From positions 890,475-954,474 of the forward strand of contig OY969914.1 in the NCBI GenBank assembly GCA_963704525.1: a stretch of 64,000 nt of DNA, in the 5' to 3' direction. Positions 32,954 to 44,085 of this stretch are shown in pieces. Made by a program: the position numbers and the translations under genes. Each line of letters starts with the position of its first letter. Within the stretch, counting starts at the first letter, position 1. The notes beneath the pieces were generated by a model. The model was not told where the DNA came from, made no database searches, and saw only the letters and a list, made by a program, of their open reading frames with translations. The DNA is from an uncultured Methanobacteriaceae archaeon (GTDB lineage Archaea > Methanobacteriota > Methanobacteria > Methanobacteriales > Methanobacteriaceae).

Positions 32954-33802
32954 ATTAGGCGAAAATTATTCTTATCAGGGATCTTGTTATTTAGTTTGTT
33001 GTTAGTTGTGAATTTCAATTATTCTGATGCAGCATCTGTTAATACAACAGCACCCCAGGTAAAGTCTGTTGACCCTGTTAATCATTCTATTATTAATAAA
33101 TATAAAACCATTAAAATTAAATTTTCTAAACCTGTCAAACTCGTGAAAAATTCCGCAATTCTTAAAAATAGTGCAGGAAAAACTATTTCTACAACCAATA
33201 TTGTCAAGAATAATTCCTTAACAATTTCACCAAGGACCAAACTGGCCGTGGGTAACTATTTCATAACAATTAATCCTGGAACAGTCGTTGACGCGAAGGG
33301 TAATTATAATAAAGCATTCAAATCCTGTTTCACAGTATCCCCAATTACACTTGCACAGATGAAGGATGGTAAATCCAGAGCAGATAAATTCTTTGCAAAG
33401 AATGGGAGACTTCCAAACTATGTGAGTTTTGGTTCGAAGAAAATATTGATAGGTGAATTTCAGAAGATACTTGCGACACAAAATTTGAAGATCAACAACT
33501 CAGTTATCAAATCCTGTAGTAAACTTGGAACAAAAAATTGTTGCGCATACAATATATCAGTATCCTCAAAAACTGTTTCATCCACATCTAAATGTTCATG
33601 TGGATCATGCGGGGATTATAATTACCATACAAGCACCTATAAAAACTACTGTCCCAACTGCGGAAAATATGAAACACTTGTATGGAATCCTAAAGGAGTT
33701 TATGAGGGCGAATGGACCTGCAGCAGCTGTGATTGTGATTACTGCGCAGCTTGTGGCAAAGAAAAAATTTACAGCAATCCCAAACACCTGATAAAAGCTT
33801 GA
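32954..33802 (+). CDS. Secreted Ig-like (Big_5) plus pseudomurein-binding-repeat protein with Cys-rich C-terminal zinc-ribbon domain
   Basis: VKSVDP..IKIKFSKPV Ig domain; FFAKNGRLPNYVSF repeat; 12 or more Cys in CxxC/CxC pairs. Start placed at ATT 32954 after GGAGGCGG (track: TTG 32984). Confidence 0.75.
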   Translation: MRRKLFLSGILLFSLLLVVNFNYSDAASVNTTAPQVKSVDPVNHSIINKYKTIKIKFSKPVKLVKNSAILKNSAGKTISTTNIVKNNSLTISPRTKLAVGNYFITINPGTVVDAKGNYNKAFKSCFTVSPITLAQMKDGKSRADKFFAKNGRLPNYVSFGSKKILIGEFQKILATQNLKINNSVIKSCSKLGTKNCCAYNISVSSKTVSSTSKCSCGSCGDYNYHTSTYKNYCPNCGKYETLVWNPKGVYEGEWTCSSCDCDYCAACGKEKIYSNPKHLIKA

Positions 33803-33894
33803 TCATTTTATTTTTTTTTAAATAGTTTCATGGAAAATGGAAAAGTTTTTTAATCCTAATCTAATTAAACTTTATATACAAAACTAAAAAAATT

Positions 33895-34935
33895 TTGTTT
33901 CAAACAAAAGTAAAGGTTAAGTTAATGAAAAAAAATGCTGCCACAATAATGATTCTAATTTTATTTGCACCTTTTCTTTGCTCATATTCATCGGCAGTTT
34001 CCATTGACAATACAAAAATCAGACCAGCAAATTCAAATTTAACTTGTGATATCATAATAACAAAAATAAACGCACCTCCGATTGTTTTTAAGGGAAAAAC
34101 AATTAAAATAAGCCACACTGTAAAGAATCAGGGAAATAAAAAATCTTCAGGTTTCTATATGGACTTCTTCCTTAAATCCTGTAAAAATGGGCAGAATATT
34201 TATATTGGAAGCAGTTACATCAATGGACTCATTTCTGGTGAATCTAAAATCCAAAATCTTACCTTTAAAATTCCAAAAAATATTTCATGCACCGATTATT
34301 ATGTTAGAATAGTTACAGACAGCAAAGGCAACTTGAATAAAACCAACAATGTGGTTTACAGTTCCAGTAAAACCAGTGTGGTTACAGGCAGACCCATTTA
34401 CATTACTAGTGATAATATTAAAAACACTCTAGTAGATAATGCAAGGATGGATGGAATTGTCAGGGGTTTAAGGTCAATGGGACTCTACGCTATGAATTAT
34501 GGCTTAGGACCAAACAAACATTACAGTGTTTTGAAAAATGTTGTTGTACCCCAAAATGCACTTATAGTAAATATTTATGGAGGAGCATGTGCAGGTACAA
34601 TTTGGGAGATGGCGCAAAATTATTATAAAATTGCCCTTGGTACTAGGAAAGTTTTTTCTGTTTGGATAAACACTAAGATTGATGTTGGAACTGTGAATTT
34701 TTTGAAAAGATCTAAGGATGATAATTACACCCCTAAGTACGGTGCAAAAAGAGGATTTCCAAATTTCCTTGACAGTAACAGAAATGGAATCTTTGAACCC
34801 GGACTGGGTGAGCAGGATGGAATTTTAAATCCTGGTAACCTGCTTAAAAATAATGGTTACCACTTCCTGTATCAGCAGGATGGAGATCTAGAAACAATTA
34901 TACAAGCCATATATAATGAAGCTACCAGCAGTTGA
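33895..34935 (+). CDS. Secreted CARDB-domain surface protein
   Basis: Signal peptide (likely ATG 33925), TVKNQGNKKS CARDB-like segment, then IYITSDNI...IYGGACAGTIWEM domain of a type seen in methanobacterial surface proteins. Confidence 0.7.
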   Translation: MFQTKVKVKLMKKNAATIMILILFAPFLCSYSSAVSIDNTKIRPANSNLTCDIIITKINAPPIVFKGKTIKISHTVKNQGNKKSSGFYMDFFLKSCKNGQNIYIGSSYINGLISGESKIQNLTFKIPKNISCTDYYVRIVTDSKGNLNKTNNVVYSSSKTSVVTGRPIYITSDNIKNTLVDNARMDGIVRGLRSMGLYAMNYGLGPNKHYSVLKNVVVPQNALIVNIYGGACAGTIWEMAQNYYKIALGTRKVFSVWINTKIDVGTVNFLKRSKDDNYTPKYGAKRGFPNFLDSNRNGIFEPGLGEQDGILNPGNLLKNNGYHFLYQQDGDLETIIQAIYNEATSS

Positions 34936-35041
34936 TAATAATTGGTTAAAAACTTTTAATATCTAATATTTTTGAAAAAAAAATTAATTGAATTGGTTTT
35001 AATATCGAATAGAAATTCTACAGAAGAATTTATTTTTCGAC

Positions 35042-35554
35042 TTACTCCCATGATTCCTTGCTAAGGACCTCTTCCATGGACTTTCTTGGACGTGGGCCCG
35101 GATTTTCATCAGGATAACCCACAGTGGTAAGCCCAACCAATCGTATTTCTTCAGGAATCTTCAATATTGACTTTACCTTTACTTCGTCGAATGCTCCAAG
35201 CCAGCATGTTCCAAGTCCTAGTTCAGTTGCTTCGAGAATCATGAACGATAATGCTATGGAAAGATCTACTGTATAAGCATACTGTCCGCATGGCATTACT
35301 TTTTCAGACTCTGTAGAACATGCTGCTATAAAAACTGGTGCCTGGGCAACAAAGCTCTGACCATTGCATGCATCTACAAGTTTATCCCTTGTTGATTGTT
35401 CCTTCACAACAATAAATTTCCATTCCTGTCTGTTAGCTGCAGATGGAGCTATCCTCGCAGATTCAATGATCCTATCAATTTTATCCTGTTCAACATCCTT
35501 GGTCTGGTATTTCCTAATGCTTCTTCTGTTTTCAATCGCTGTAAAAACGTCCAT
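35042..35554 (-). CDS. Nitroreductase family protein
   Basis: [31 protein letters not shown]. Confidence 0.92.
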   Translation of the reverse strand: MDVFTAIENRRSIRKYQTKDVEQDKIDRIIESARIAPSAANRQEWKFIVVKEQSTRDKLVDACNGQSFVAQAPVFIAACSTESEKVMPCGQYAYTVDLSIALSFMILEATELGLGTCWLGAFDEVKVKSILKIPEEIRLVGLTTVGYPDENPGPRPRKSMEEVLSKESWE

Positions 35555-35630
35555 TCTATTATTCCTCCAAAAAATTTTTTAAAAATCATTTGAAATTGAC
35601 TATTTAGGTGGTTAGTTTATTTTAATAGCC

Positions 35631-36296
35631 CTATAATCCATAATATTTAACTACTTCATTCAAGGACCTTCTAGAACTTCTAAAACTGTTTTGTGGACTA
35701 TTATCATCTTTGTATCCAATCGCAATTCCTAATACTATGGAAAGTTCATCTGGAATTTTAAGTTCTCTGCGTTGAACTTCAGGATAAACAACAAGATTAA
35801 TTGCTGGAGCGGAATCCAAACCATATCCCTTGGCTGAAAGCATTATACTTTGAGACAATGATCCAAGGTCAAACATTGACCATTCACCAAGGTTTTGATC
35901 CATACAAAGATAGATAATTGTTGATGCCCCAAAAAATTCGAAGTTAAGTTTCCAGGAATTTTTCCTTGCTTCCATATCTGCCATTGGAATTTTCAGATGT
36001 TCGAACATCTCCAAGCCAAGCTCTTTAATACGTTTTTTATGTGATTCCGGCCAATTACTTGACATGTCAATATCGGGTTCTGGAGATTTTTGAGCTTTAA
36101 AATTTTTTAGATAAGCACTTTTAATTCTTTTAATGACATTTCCACCCGCAACATATATCTCCCATGGCTGAGTATTTGCCCATGAAGGTGATCTTGTAGC
36201 ATCTTCCAAAATTTTGTTAATCAAATCCCTCTCCACTTGATCAGGTTTAAATGCCCTGCAAGTAAAACGGGAATTTAATGCTTCAGATAGATCCAT
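35631..36296 (-). CDS. Nitroreductase family protein
   Basis: SRFTCRAF, RSPSWANTQPW, IAIGY. Confidence 0.9.
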   Translation of the reverse strand: MDLSEALNSRFTCRAFKPDQVERDLINKILEDATRSPSWANTQPWEIYVAGGNVIKRIKSAYLKNFKAQKSPEPDIDMSSNWPESHKKRIKELGLEMFEHLKIPMADMEARKNSWKLNFEFFGASTIIYLCMDQNLGEWSMFDLGSLSQSIMLSAKGYGLDSAPAINLVVYPEVQRRELKIPDELSIVLGIAIGYKDDNSPQNSFRSSRRSLNEVVKYYGL

Positions 36297-36695
36297 ATTT
36301 TTTTTACTCCCACAAAAAATTATTATATTTTATTCATGATAAAAAAATTTATTTTAACTCGAATTATAATTATGTCGTAACGAATTAAACAATTTTGAGG
36401 TTTTCAATTCTTAATAATATCTTAATAAAATAGTTGAACATGCCCATAACTGCCTTAACATCCATTTATTTAACGGATCTTGGTTTGGTAACTTTAGGAC
36501 GATCTAAACAAAAAAATATATCCTTAATTTCATCTTAAAATCTAAAATCTATCTGAATTGTATATTTGATCCTATTATTTTGTCTTTGAATCTACAGAAG
36601 AAAAACCTAATGCTTAATAATCCATATTTTTATATAAAAGAGATGGCATATATTTAACAGAGTAAAATACCAAATATTATATAGTTGATGTTGTT

Positions 36696-37892
36696 ATGAA
36701 GCTTCGAAAAGACTTTATTGCTGTCCCGGTTTTGAGATTCAAGGGGGATCATCCCGATGAGAAACATGCTGACTGGCTGGAACTTCTGTTTGACCTGATA
36801 TTCGTGGCAGCCATTTCCCAGATTGCATTAAATTTAAGCGGCAGTTATAATTTCATTACATTTTTAGAATCAATTCCACTATTTTTTGCTATTTGGTGGG
36901 GTTGGGCCGGACACACATTTTATATGGATAGGTTTGGTACAGATGATATATTCAGCAGGATCATTACCATGTTACAGATGGTGGTGGTTGCATCGCTGGC
37001 AGTTAACGTACGTTATGCCTTAACTACGACAGGTGCAGGTTTTGCAATTTCCTATGCCCTTCTGAGATTTATTTTGGTCTTAGAATATTTGTGGGTTGGA
37101 AGAAAACTACCTGAAGCTAAACCACTTACCAATAGGTATTCGATTGGATTTTCAATTGCTGCATCCATTTGGTTGATATCGGCATTTATTCCCGATCCAT
37201 ATCGATTTGTTTTCTGGGGAATTGCATTGTTTATCGATTTTTTAACACCATTTACAGCGGGAGAGATTCATATCAACTTCCCACCCCATCCAACACATCT
37301 TCCAGAAAGATTTGGATTGTTCACCATCATTGTGATTGGTGAGGCAATTGTTAGCCTTGTAGTTGCTGTTGAAGCAATTGGGGCAGATTTTTTAACCGAA
37401 TTTGTGGGATTACTGGGCCTGATAATAGCTTTTGCATTATGGTGGGGCTATTTTGAAGAAGCAGGAGGTGCTGAAGAAAGGGTTCAAGAAAGAGGAGATC
37501 AAATTGCTAAGTACCAGCTGTGGTTATATTCTCACTTTCCTTTGATGTTGGGGATAGTAGGTACTGCCGCAGGAATCAAACATGTGATCCTTTTACCCTT
37601 CGGGAGCGAACTATCACCTTCTGACACATGGATACTTTGTTTATCCCTGGGAGTTGCACTCTTATCCCTCAGTTTGATCTTCATCTCATCGTTTAAATGG
37701 GAATATTGTACCGGTCGTATACTTTTAATTTACAGAATGCCATATTATCTGATCATATTGATGGTAGTTTTAACGGGATTTTTAGGTTCCATCATTTCAG
37801 GATTCATGATAATGATAATTTTAACTGGTCTGTGTGTTGTAAATGTGATAGTATCCCTCAGGGAAACACCTGAAGAAGTTTGTCAACTGTAA
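36696..37892 (+). CDS. ltrA: Low temperature requirement protein A family
   Basis: WLELLFDLIFVAAISQ, HLPERFGLFTIIVIGEAI, LWWGYF. Confidence 0.88.
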   Translation: MKLRKDFIAVPVLRFKGDHPDEKHADWLELLFDLIFVAAISQIALNLSGSYNFITFLESIPLFFAIWWGWAGHTFYMDRFGTDDIFSRIITMLQMVVVASLAVNVRYALTTTGAGFAISYALLRFILVLEYLWVGRKLPEAKPLTNRYSIGFSIAASIWLISAFIPDPYRFVFWGIALFIDFLTPFTAGEIHINFPPHPTHLPERFGLFTIIVIGEAIVSLVVAVEAIGADFLTEFVGLLGLIIAFALWWGYFEEAGGAEERVQERGDQIAKYQLWLYSHFPLMLGIVGTAAGIKHVILLPFGSELSPSDTWILCLSLGVALLSLSLIFISSFKWEYCTGRILLIYRMPYYLIILMVVLTGFLGSIISGFMIMIILTGLCVVNVIVSLRETPEEVCQL

Positions 37893-37940
37893 AATAAAAT
37901 AAATAATGAAATATAATTGATTCAGGTCTTTTCCATTAAT

Positions 37941-38462
37941 TCAACTCTTAATTTTCTTAACAAAACCAAGCTGAATCTTATCAGAATTATTTAAAAATTT
38001 AAGACCTTCTGAAGTGCATTTAAGTGTGGATCCCTCGAACTGTGAATGATATTCAGATTCAATGAATCCAATATCAGTTAAAACATCAACTATGTATCTT
38101 AAATCTTTCTCTGGAAAATTTTTGAGGATGCCGTAGGTTTCGAGTCTGTTAACATCGTATTTAAAAATGAATGGGGAATTATTTCCATTTAACACCAGTA
38201 TTAAACGTTTTATACCTAATTTTATTGGTACCTGATCAAGACACATCAGAACCATTCTTGAAAGTGCAGATTCGTAGTCTGTAGTTATTTTTTCTATTAG
38301 AGGTAATGATCTATCTATACTGGTGTTTGAATTCAAATAATCTTCGAGTTTATCGTAATAGCTCATTGAAGAGCCGCATCGGCACGTTTTAAGATCATTT
38401 TCAAGAATTTCTTCTTTTATTTCATAGTACACATCGCAGTTTCTACATATCATAAATGGCAT
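37941..38462 (-). CDS. Zinc-ribbon plus RQC (RecQ C-terminal winged-helix) domain protein
   Basis: CRNC...CRCG N-terminus; GIKRLILVLNG...YGILK...VDVLTDIGFI...LKCTSEG resembles RQC. Confidence 0.65.
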   Translation of the reverse strand: MPFMICRNCDVYYEIKEEILENDLKTCRCGSSMSYYDKLEDYLNSNTSIDRSLPLIEKITTDYESALSRMVLMCLDQVPIKLGIKRLILVLNGNNSPFIFKYDVNRLETYGILKNFPEKDLRYIVDVLTDIGFIESEYHSQFEGSTLKCTSEGLKFLNNSDKIQLGFVKKIKS

Positions 38463-38619
38463 TCAAATCACCCCACCCAATGATTACTTCCAATTCTTGA
38501 AATTCAAAATTTCGGAATAGAAGTCCATAAAACCTTTCTTGTAAAGAGAGTATATTAGTAGAATATAACTGTTTAAGCAAATAAAGTAAATGTATGGTCC
38601 ATTCATATGGTGAATAACA

Positions 38620-38985
38620 ATGTCTCATGGAGAAGATAATAACATCTTGAGTTTCGGTAAAATATGTCCTGGTTGTAAGATTGCAAATCCAGATAACTCA
38701 AAAAACTGTATCGTGTGCGATAAAGATCTGTTGGAAACTATTTTATTCATTGAAGACGAATTTTTTGACATAGAAATAACTTCCACAGAATTTATTGAAT
38801 ACAGAAAAAACTACTACAGAACAAGACGAACAGGTAAAATTAGACGTTTTAAACTAGATAAAATGGAAAACATTAACTTCGGGACGCCTATTAAACGTTT
38901 TAGCTTCGAATATAATGGAAAAAAAGAAGTGTATCCATTGAAAGATGAAAATTATACTTTGATCATGAACGTAATTCAAAAATGA
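38620..38985 (+). CDS. Zinc-ribbon hypothetical protein
   Basis: CPGC...CIVC N-terminal ribbon. Confidence 0.7.
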   Translation: MSHGEDNNILSFGKICPGCKIANPDNSKNCIVCDKDLLETILFIEDEFFDIEITSTEFIEYRKNYYRTRRTGKIRRFKLDKMENINFGTPIKRFSFEYNGKKEVYPLKDENYTLIMNVIQK

Positions 38986-39079
38986 AAGTATTCAAATATG
39001 CATTTTACAAATTAACTCTTCAAGACAGTGGTTGATACATTATGAAATAATTTGGTCTAAAAAAAGGGGATATCTTATT

Positions 39080-40789
39080 TTAGCCAAAATTTTTTATTTT
39101 CAATGTTCGCAAACGATTTAATGCAGCTGCAAGTTCAAATATTCTTGGTCTTGCAATGTTGTTAGGATATTTACGTCCTGGTGGGGCCAGTATATCCAAA
39201 CCATGATTTTTGATATCTTCTTCAATCAGTTTCATCAATTCTTCCATGGACAGATTTCCATCAATATAATTTTGTGATGCATGGTTCATTGCATATGCAA
39301 TCGCCCTTGTTTGACTGGAATCTACCAGCTGTTCAACCTGTGAAAGGTCCACAATCTCATTTCCAAGGAGTATAATCGTTTTTCCACGTGAGTCCAACTT
39401 CAATTTTCTACCTTTCATGGGTTTTATGCTTCTGGGAGTAGGGTATCGTTTTTTATATCCAAATTCGGTGCTAACTTCTGATTTTCTGTTGATTGGAAGT
39501 TCTTTTTTTATTTGCATTGCTTCGTTCGTTGCATCATATGGCAAGTAGTTATCCATCATTATCACAGTATCTGCGACTTCGAAGTAATCTCCAGAACCCC
39601 CCATGACAAGTATTGTGGATATCTTGTGTTTGGTGTAGATCTCCTTCACACGATCAATAAAAGGAGTAATTGGTTCCTTTTCAGCTGCCACCAGTCTTTG
39701 CATTCGCTCATCCCTGATCATGAAGTTGGTTGCAGATGTATCCTCATCAAAAAGTAGCAGTTTGGAACCTATTTCAACTGCTTCAACAATGTTGGCTGCC
39801 TGTGATGTTGAACCTGAAGCATTTTCAGACGAGAACTTCCATGTGTTTTTTTCCATTGGTGGGTTATGAATAAACGAACTAATATCAACATTTTCTATTC
39901 TCCTTCCATCTTCAGCACGAATCTTCACTGCCCCATAATCTGTTACAACCATTTCCCTCCCATCCCCACATCTATGGTTATAAATTCCTCCTTCAATGGC
40001 ATGAAGCAGGGTGGACTTACCATGATAACCCCCACCCACTATTAAAGTAACACCTTCAGGAATACCCATCCCAGTAACTGCACCATGATTTGGTGTGTTT
40101 ATGGAAATCAAAAGCGAATCTGGAGATTTAAACTCGACTGCATTTTTTAATGGTTCTTCTGATACTCCACTTTTCCTTGGAAGTACCGAACCATCCTTTA
40201 TGAATGCAACCATACCCCTTTTCTTCAGTTCATCCCTTATGAAATTCGAATCCTCATGTAACAGTACATGTTCCTTAAGTTCATCGCCGTCTAAATTTTT
40301 ATATAAACATGAATCCTTTAAAATCAATGGGAGTGACTTAATAATCAACCTCAATGCGTCTTTACCAAGTATTTTTCTTCCCCTTGCTGGGAGTCCCATG
40401 GAAAATCTTATTTCAAGACTGGATTCAGATATTATAACGCTATTTCTCTCGAGGATCTCCTGTCCCCCACTGTCAATCTGGATCAGGCCACTTTTACCAC
40501 TACCAGTTCTTCCTGGAACATGTTTAATTATGGATTGGTTGAATTCACGCCCAATATAATCTGCTACCGCAATTCTCCTCCCATGATCACTGAGCAATTC
40601 GTTTGGAAATGTTACATCATCCATAAAAACCCTTAACAAAGATGGTGCTGCGAATGGGTCCCTTTGAACATGATCTATATGCAGTGTGAAAAAATTGAAT
40701 TTGTAACTACCTTTGATGTCATTGTAATTTTTGTAGCCCCTTCCATCTATCCTTTCAAGTATTTTTAGAAGTTTCTTATCGTCTTTCAT
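39080..40789 (-). CDS. ABC-class ATPase domain-containing protein
   Basis: HVQRDPFAAPS, GGGYHGKSTLL P-loop, ASGSTSQAANIVEA, DEDTSATNFMIRD. Confidence 0.88.
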   Translation of the reverse strand: MKDDKKLLKILERIDGRGYKNYNDIKGSYKFNFFTLHIDHVQRDPFAAPSLLRVFMDDVTFPNELLSDHGRRIAVADYIGREFNQSIIKHVPGRTGSGKSGLIQIDSGGQEILERNSVIISESSLEIRFSMGLPARGRKILGKDALRLIIKSLPLILKDSCLYKNLDGDELKEHVLLHEDSNFIRDELKKRGMVAFIKDGSVLPRKSGVSEEPLKNAVEFKSPDSLLISINTPNHGAVTGMGIPEGVTLIVGGGYHGKSTLLHAIEGGIYNHRCGDGREMVVTDYGAVKIRAEDGRRIENVDISSFIHNPPMEKNTWKFSSENASGSTSQAANIVEAVEIGSKLLLFDEDTSATNFMIRDERMQRLVAAEKEPITPFIDRVKEIYTKHKISTILVMGGSGDYFEVADTVIMMDNYLPYDATNEAMQIKKELPINRKSEVSTEFGYKKRYPTPRSIKPMKGRKLKLDSRGKTIILLGNEIVDLSQVEQLVDSSQTRAIAYAMNHASQNYIDGNLSMEELMKLIEEDIKNHGLDILAPPGRKYPNNIARPRIFELAAALNRLRTLKIKNFG

Positions 40790-40930
40790 TGTTTTACATC
40801 TTTAAAATTTTATTTATTCTTATGAAATAGTCTGAAATTTTATCTCAACTCAAATTATACAAATTTTTTATTAGTCTAAACTAATTTATGCTAAACATCC
40901 TCAAAACAAACATTCTTAATATTAATGAAA

Positions 40931-41635
40931 CTAGACAGCTTTGGCCATGATTATGTATCCCAATGTTCTGTTACCATGAAATGTTTTGAAATTTGTTTCT
41001 TGAATAGTATCTATTTGAAACTTTTCCAAAAGCAGCTGTTTCAATTCATCAAGTGAGTAATGGTGAACTATAAAAAGTTCTCTTCCTCCAGGTTTACCGT
41101 CTTCTGTTACTATGAAACTTCCAATTTCATCTGTGATTGGATAATCCCTCAAGTATCTGTCTCTGTACAGAGGATCATTCCAGTTCTGTCCAAAATCTGC
41201 AAGGTAAAGTACGCCTTTATCGACTAAAATTCTTGAAGCTTCATTGATAACTGCTTTCCTATCCTTCCGAGATGTAATTGTGGTTAAAAATGCTTGCATA
41301 ATACATGCATCAAATGAATCATCTTCATAGGGCAGATCCATTGCATTTGCATTTATGAATTCTAATTTTCCAGGATAATTATTGTTGGTTTCCATAGCTT
41401 GTTCATTTGCAAATTGGATGCTACTTTCATTCATATCGAAACCTGAAACATTGTAACCCTTTTTTTGGAGTTCAAATCCAATTCTTCCCCATGCACAACC
41501 AAAATCCACAATACTGGTTCCCTTAGGAACATTTTCATGAAAAATTTTGTTTAGTTCCACCGTTGAAGGTGTTTCATTATCAATAAATTGTTTCCATCCC
41601 ATGCCTGTATCCATGTTGTATTTAATAGATCTCAT
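40931..41635 (-). CDS. Class I SAM-dependent methyltransferase
   Basis: IVDFGCAWG motif I, GFDMN, LPYEDDSFD. Confidence 0.88.
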   Translation of the reverse strand: MRSIKYNMDTGMGWKQFIDNETPSTVELNKIFHENVPKGTSIVDFGCAWGRIGFELQKKGYNVSGFDMNESSIQFANEQAMETNNNYPGKLEFINANAMDLPYEDDSFDACIMQAFLTTITSRKDRKAVINEASRILVDKGVLYLADFGQNWNDPLYRDRYLRDYPITDEIGSFIVTEDGKPGGRELFIVHHYSLDELKQLLLEKFQIDTIQETNFKTFHGNRTLGYIIMAKAV

Positions 41636-41733
41636 GATGTAAAAATTTTCCTTAAAATTCTAATTAAAAACTTACATCACAAAACATATTTAATTATGAA
41701 TACAATTAATTTTAAAAATAATGAGGCCATTGA

Positions 41734-43773
41734 ATGGAATTCCAGTACACTATCTACTCAGTAATATTGATAATAAGTTCTTTAATAAGTATTTTTTTAG
41801 CATGGAGTACTTGGAAAAGGCGAAAAGTTAATGGTGCCATTTATTTATGTTTGCTCCTTATTTTTGTTACAGAATGGTCATTAACCAGTGCATTGGAAAT
41901 GTCTTCGGCAGATCTATTCTCAAAAATAATCTGGGCAAAATTGAGCTACATTGGAATGGTGCTTGTAGCGCCCCTATGGTTCCTGTTTACTTTGGACTAC
42001 ACCCAGAATCAGGAAGTAATTAAAAGACCCAGGGTAATATTTTTATTCTTAATTCCAATCGCAGTTATTTACATGGCACTTACCAATGAATGGCACGGCC
42101 TCATATGGCCCACAATAACAACCTTTAACACGTCTCAAGGTCTTATCGTAATATTTGGACATGGCCCGGCAGCCATATTCTCATCCATATATTCCTACAT
42201 CCTCATACTTGCAGGAATTGTGTTGATAGGACAAAATCTGTTTAAAACTTCACATTTATACCAGCGGCAAGCAATGATGGTATTTTTTGCAGCACTAATT
42301 CCGCTCTTAAGTAATTCAATCTATGCCGCTAATTTAAATCCATTCTATTTCGATCCAACACCCCTTGCAATTACAGTTTCAGGAATTTTAATTCTCTGGA
42401 GCATTTTCTGGTACAAACTCCTTGACATCATGCCACCAGCTTACAAAGGTCTTTTTGAGAGTATGAAAAACGGTGTGGTTGTATTAGACACCTATGAGCG
42501 GATAATGGATGTCAACCCATCTGCAGAAAAACTTCTTGATCTGAATAAATATTGTATAGGGATGGATGCAAGTGAAAAAATTGATATGTGGAACAAAATT
42601 CGTCCAAATGGAAAAAATGGCGGTTCTATTGATGTGGAACTAAATAAATCAACAATTAAATGGGTTGAAGTACAGTTCACACCAGTATATAGGAGTGGAC
42701 TGTTTTCAGGCTGGATATACATTTTTGAGGATATTACCAGAAGGAAGAGTGTTGAAAATCGCATAGCCAAATCAGAGAAGAAATACAGGGAACTGGCAGA
42801 TCTTCTACCCCAAACAGTTTTTGAAACAGATGTGAATGCTAGACTCACGTTCATGAATGTCTATGGATTTGAAATGTTCGGCTACACACAAAATGACCTT
42901 GAAAATGGCTTGAGCATATTAAAACTCATAATTGAAGAAGAAAGATCCATTTCAAGGGATAAAATAGGCGAAGTACTTAAAGGTCAGAGTTCTGGTGATG
43001 AATACACAGCACAAAGAAAGGACGGAACCCAGTTTCCAATTATTCTTCACTCAAATCCCATTATTAACAAAGAAATCAACGAAGGATACAGGGGCATTAT
43101 AATAGATATTTCAGATATTAAAATTGCTGAAGAAAAGATTATAGCATCTTTAAAGGAAAAGGAAGTTCTTTTACAGGAGATCCATCATCGTGTAAAAAAT
43201 AATATGCAGATAATTTCAAGTCTACTATCACTTCAGGCTAACCATACAGAAAGTAGAGAAACCGCTGAAATTCTGAAAGAAAGTAGAGGAAGAGTTAAAT
43301 CAATGGCAATGATACATGAAAAACTTTATCACATCAACAACATCGATAAACTGAACATGTCAGAATATTTAAACAACCTTGTTAGGGACATTATAAGATC
43401 ATATTCTGGTGTATCAAGTGATATAACTGCCGATATCACGGTTGAAGAAATTTACTTAAACATCGATACAGCGATACCACTGGGATTGATGGTAAACGAA
43501 CTTATTTCAAATTCTGTCAAACATGCATTTCCAGATAAAAAAGGAAAAATAACACTGAAACTTGAATCTATAGGTGATAAATATTTATTATGGGTATCTG
43601 ATGATGGAATAGGTTTACCTGATGGATTTAACATCGATGAATCATCATCACTTGGATTAAAACTCGTTAAGAGTCTTTCAATCCAGCTGGAGGGTGATCT
43701 TGAGATCAGGTTGAACAATGAAACTGCATTCATATTAAGATTCAAAGAACTTGAATACAACGAACGATTCTGA
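41734..43773 (+). CDS. Sensor histidine kinase (HisKA_7TM, two PAS, HisKA_2)
   Basis: 7TM N-terminus, PAS domains, [28 protein letters not shown]. Confidence 0.9.
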   Translation: MEFQYTIYSVILIISSLISIFLAWSTWKRRKVNGAIYLCLLLIFVTEWSLTSALEMSSADLFSKIIWAKLSYIGMVLVAPLWFLFTLDYTQNQEVIKRPRVIFLFLIPIAVIYMALTNEWHGLIWPTITTFNTSQGLIVIFGHGPAAIFSSIYSYILILAGIVLIGQNLFKTSHLYQRQAMMVFFAALIPLLSNSIYAANLNPFYFDPTPLAITVSGILILWSIFWYKLLDIMPPAYKGLFESMKNGVVVLDTYERIMDVNPSAEKLLDLNKYCIGMDASEKIDMWNKIRPNGKNGGSIDVELNKSTIKWVEVQFTPVYRSGLFSGWIYIFEDITRRKSVENRIAKSEKKYRELADLLPQTVFETDVNARLTFMNVYGFEMFGYTQNDLENGLSILKLIIEEERSISRDKIGEVLKGQSSGDEYTAQRKDGTQFPIILHSNPIINKEINEGYRGIIIDISDIKIAEEKIIASLKEKEVLLQEIHHRVKNNMQIISSLLSLQANHTESRETAEILKESRGRVKSMAMIHEKLYHINNIDKLNMSEYLNNLVRDIIRSYSGVSSDITADITVEEIYLNIDTAIPLGLMVNELISNSVKHAFPDKKGKITLKLESIGDKYLLWVSDDGIGLPDGFNIDESSSLGLKLVKSLSIQLEGDLEIRLNNETAFILRFKELEYNERF

Positions 43774-44085
43774 ATCATCAATTCTAATAAAAATATACAA
43801 AAACTATTCAAACGAATTTTAATTCAAGTTTTAAAGAATTTTAATGTTTAAATACAGGATTGGGGCCATATTTTTATTTCATCTTATCATTTGCACAAGA
43901 TTTAAATAACAGTAACTCCTAGTTGATATATCTAAAATTTTTATTGATTATTCAATATTTATAACACTTTTATTCTAGTTTACACCTTTAATCTGTATAT
44001 TCACTGCAAAATAAGGTTTTTAAAACCTTAATGATTCTTCTCAATTTTAACTATTTTGAAAATGAAAATCTACGAGGTGACCAAA

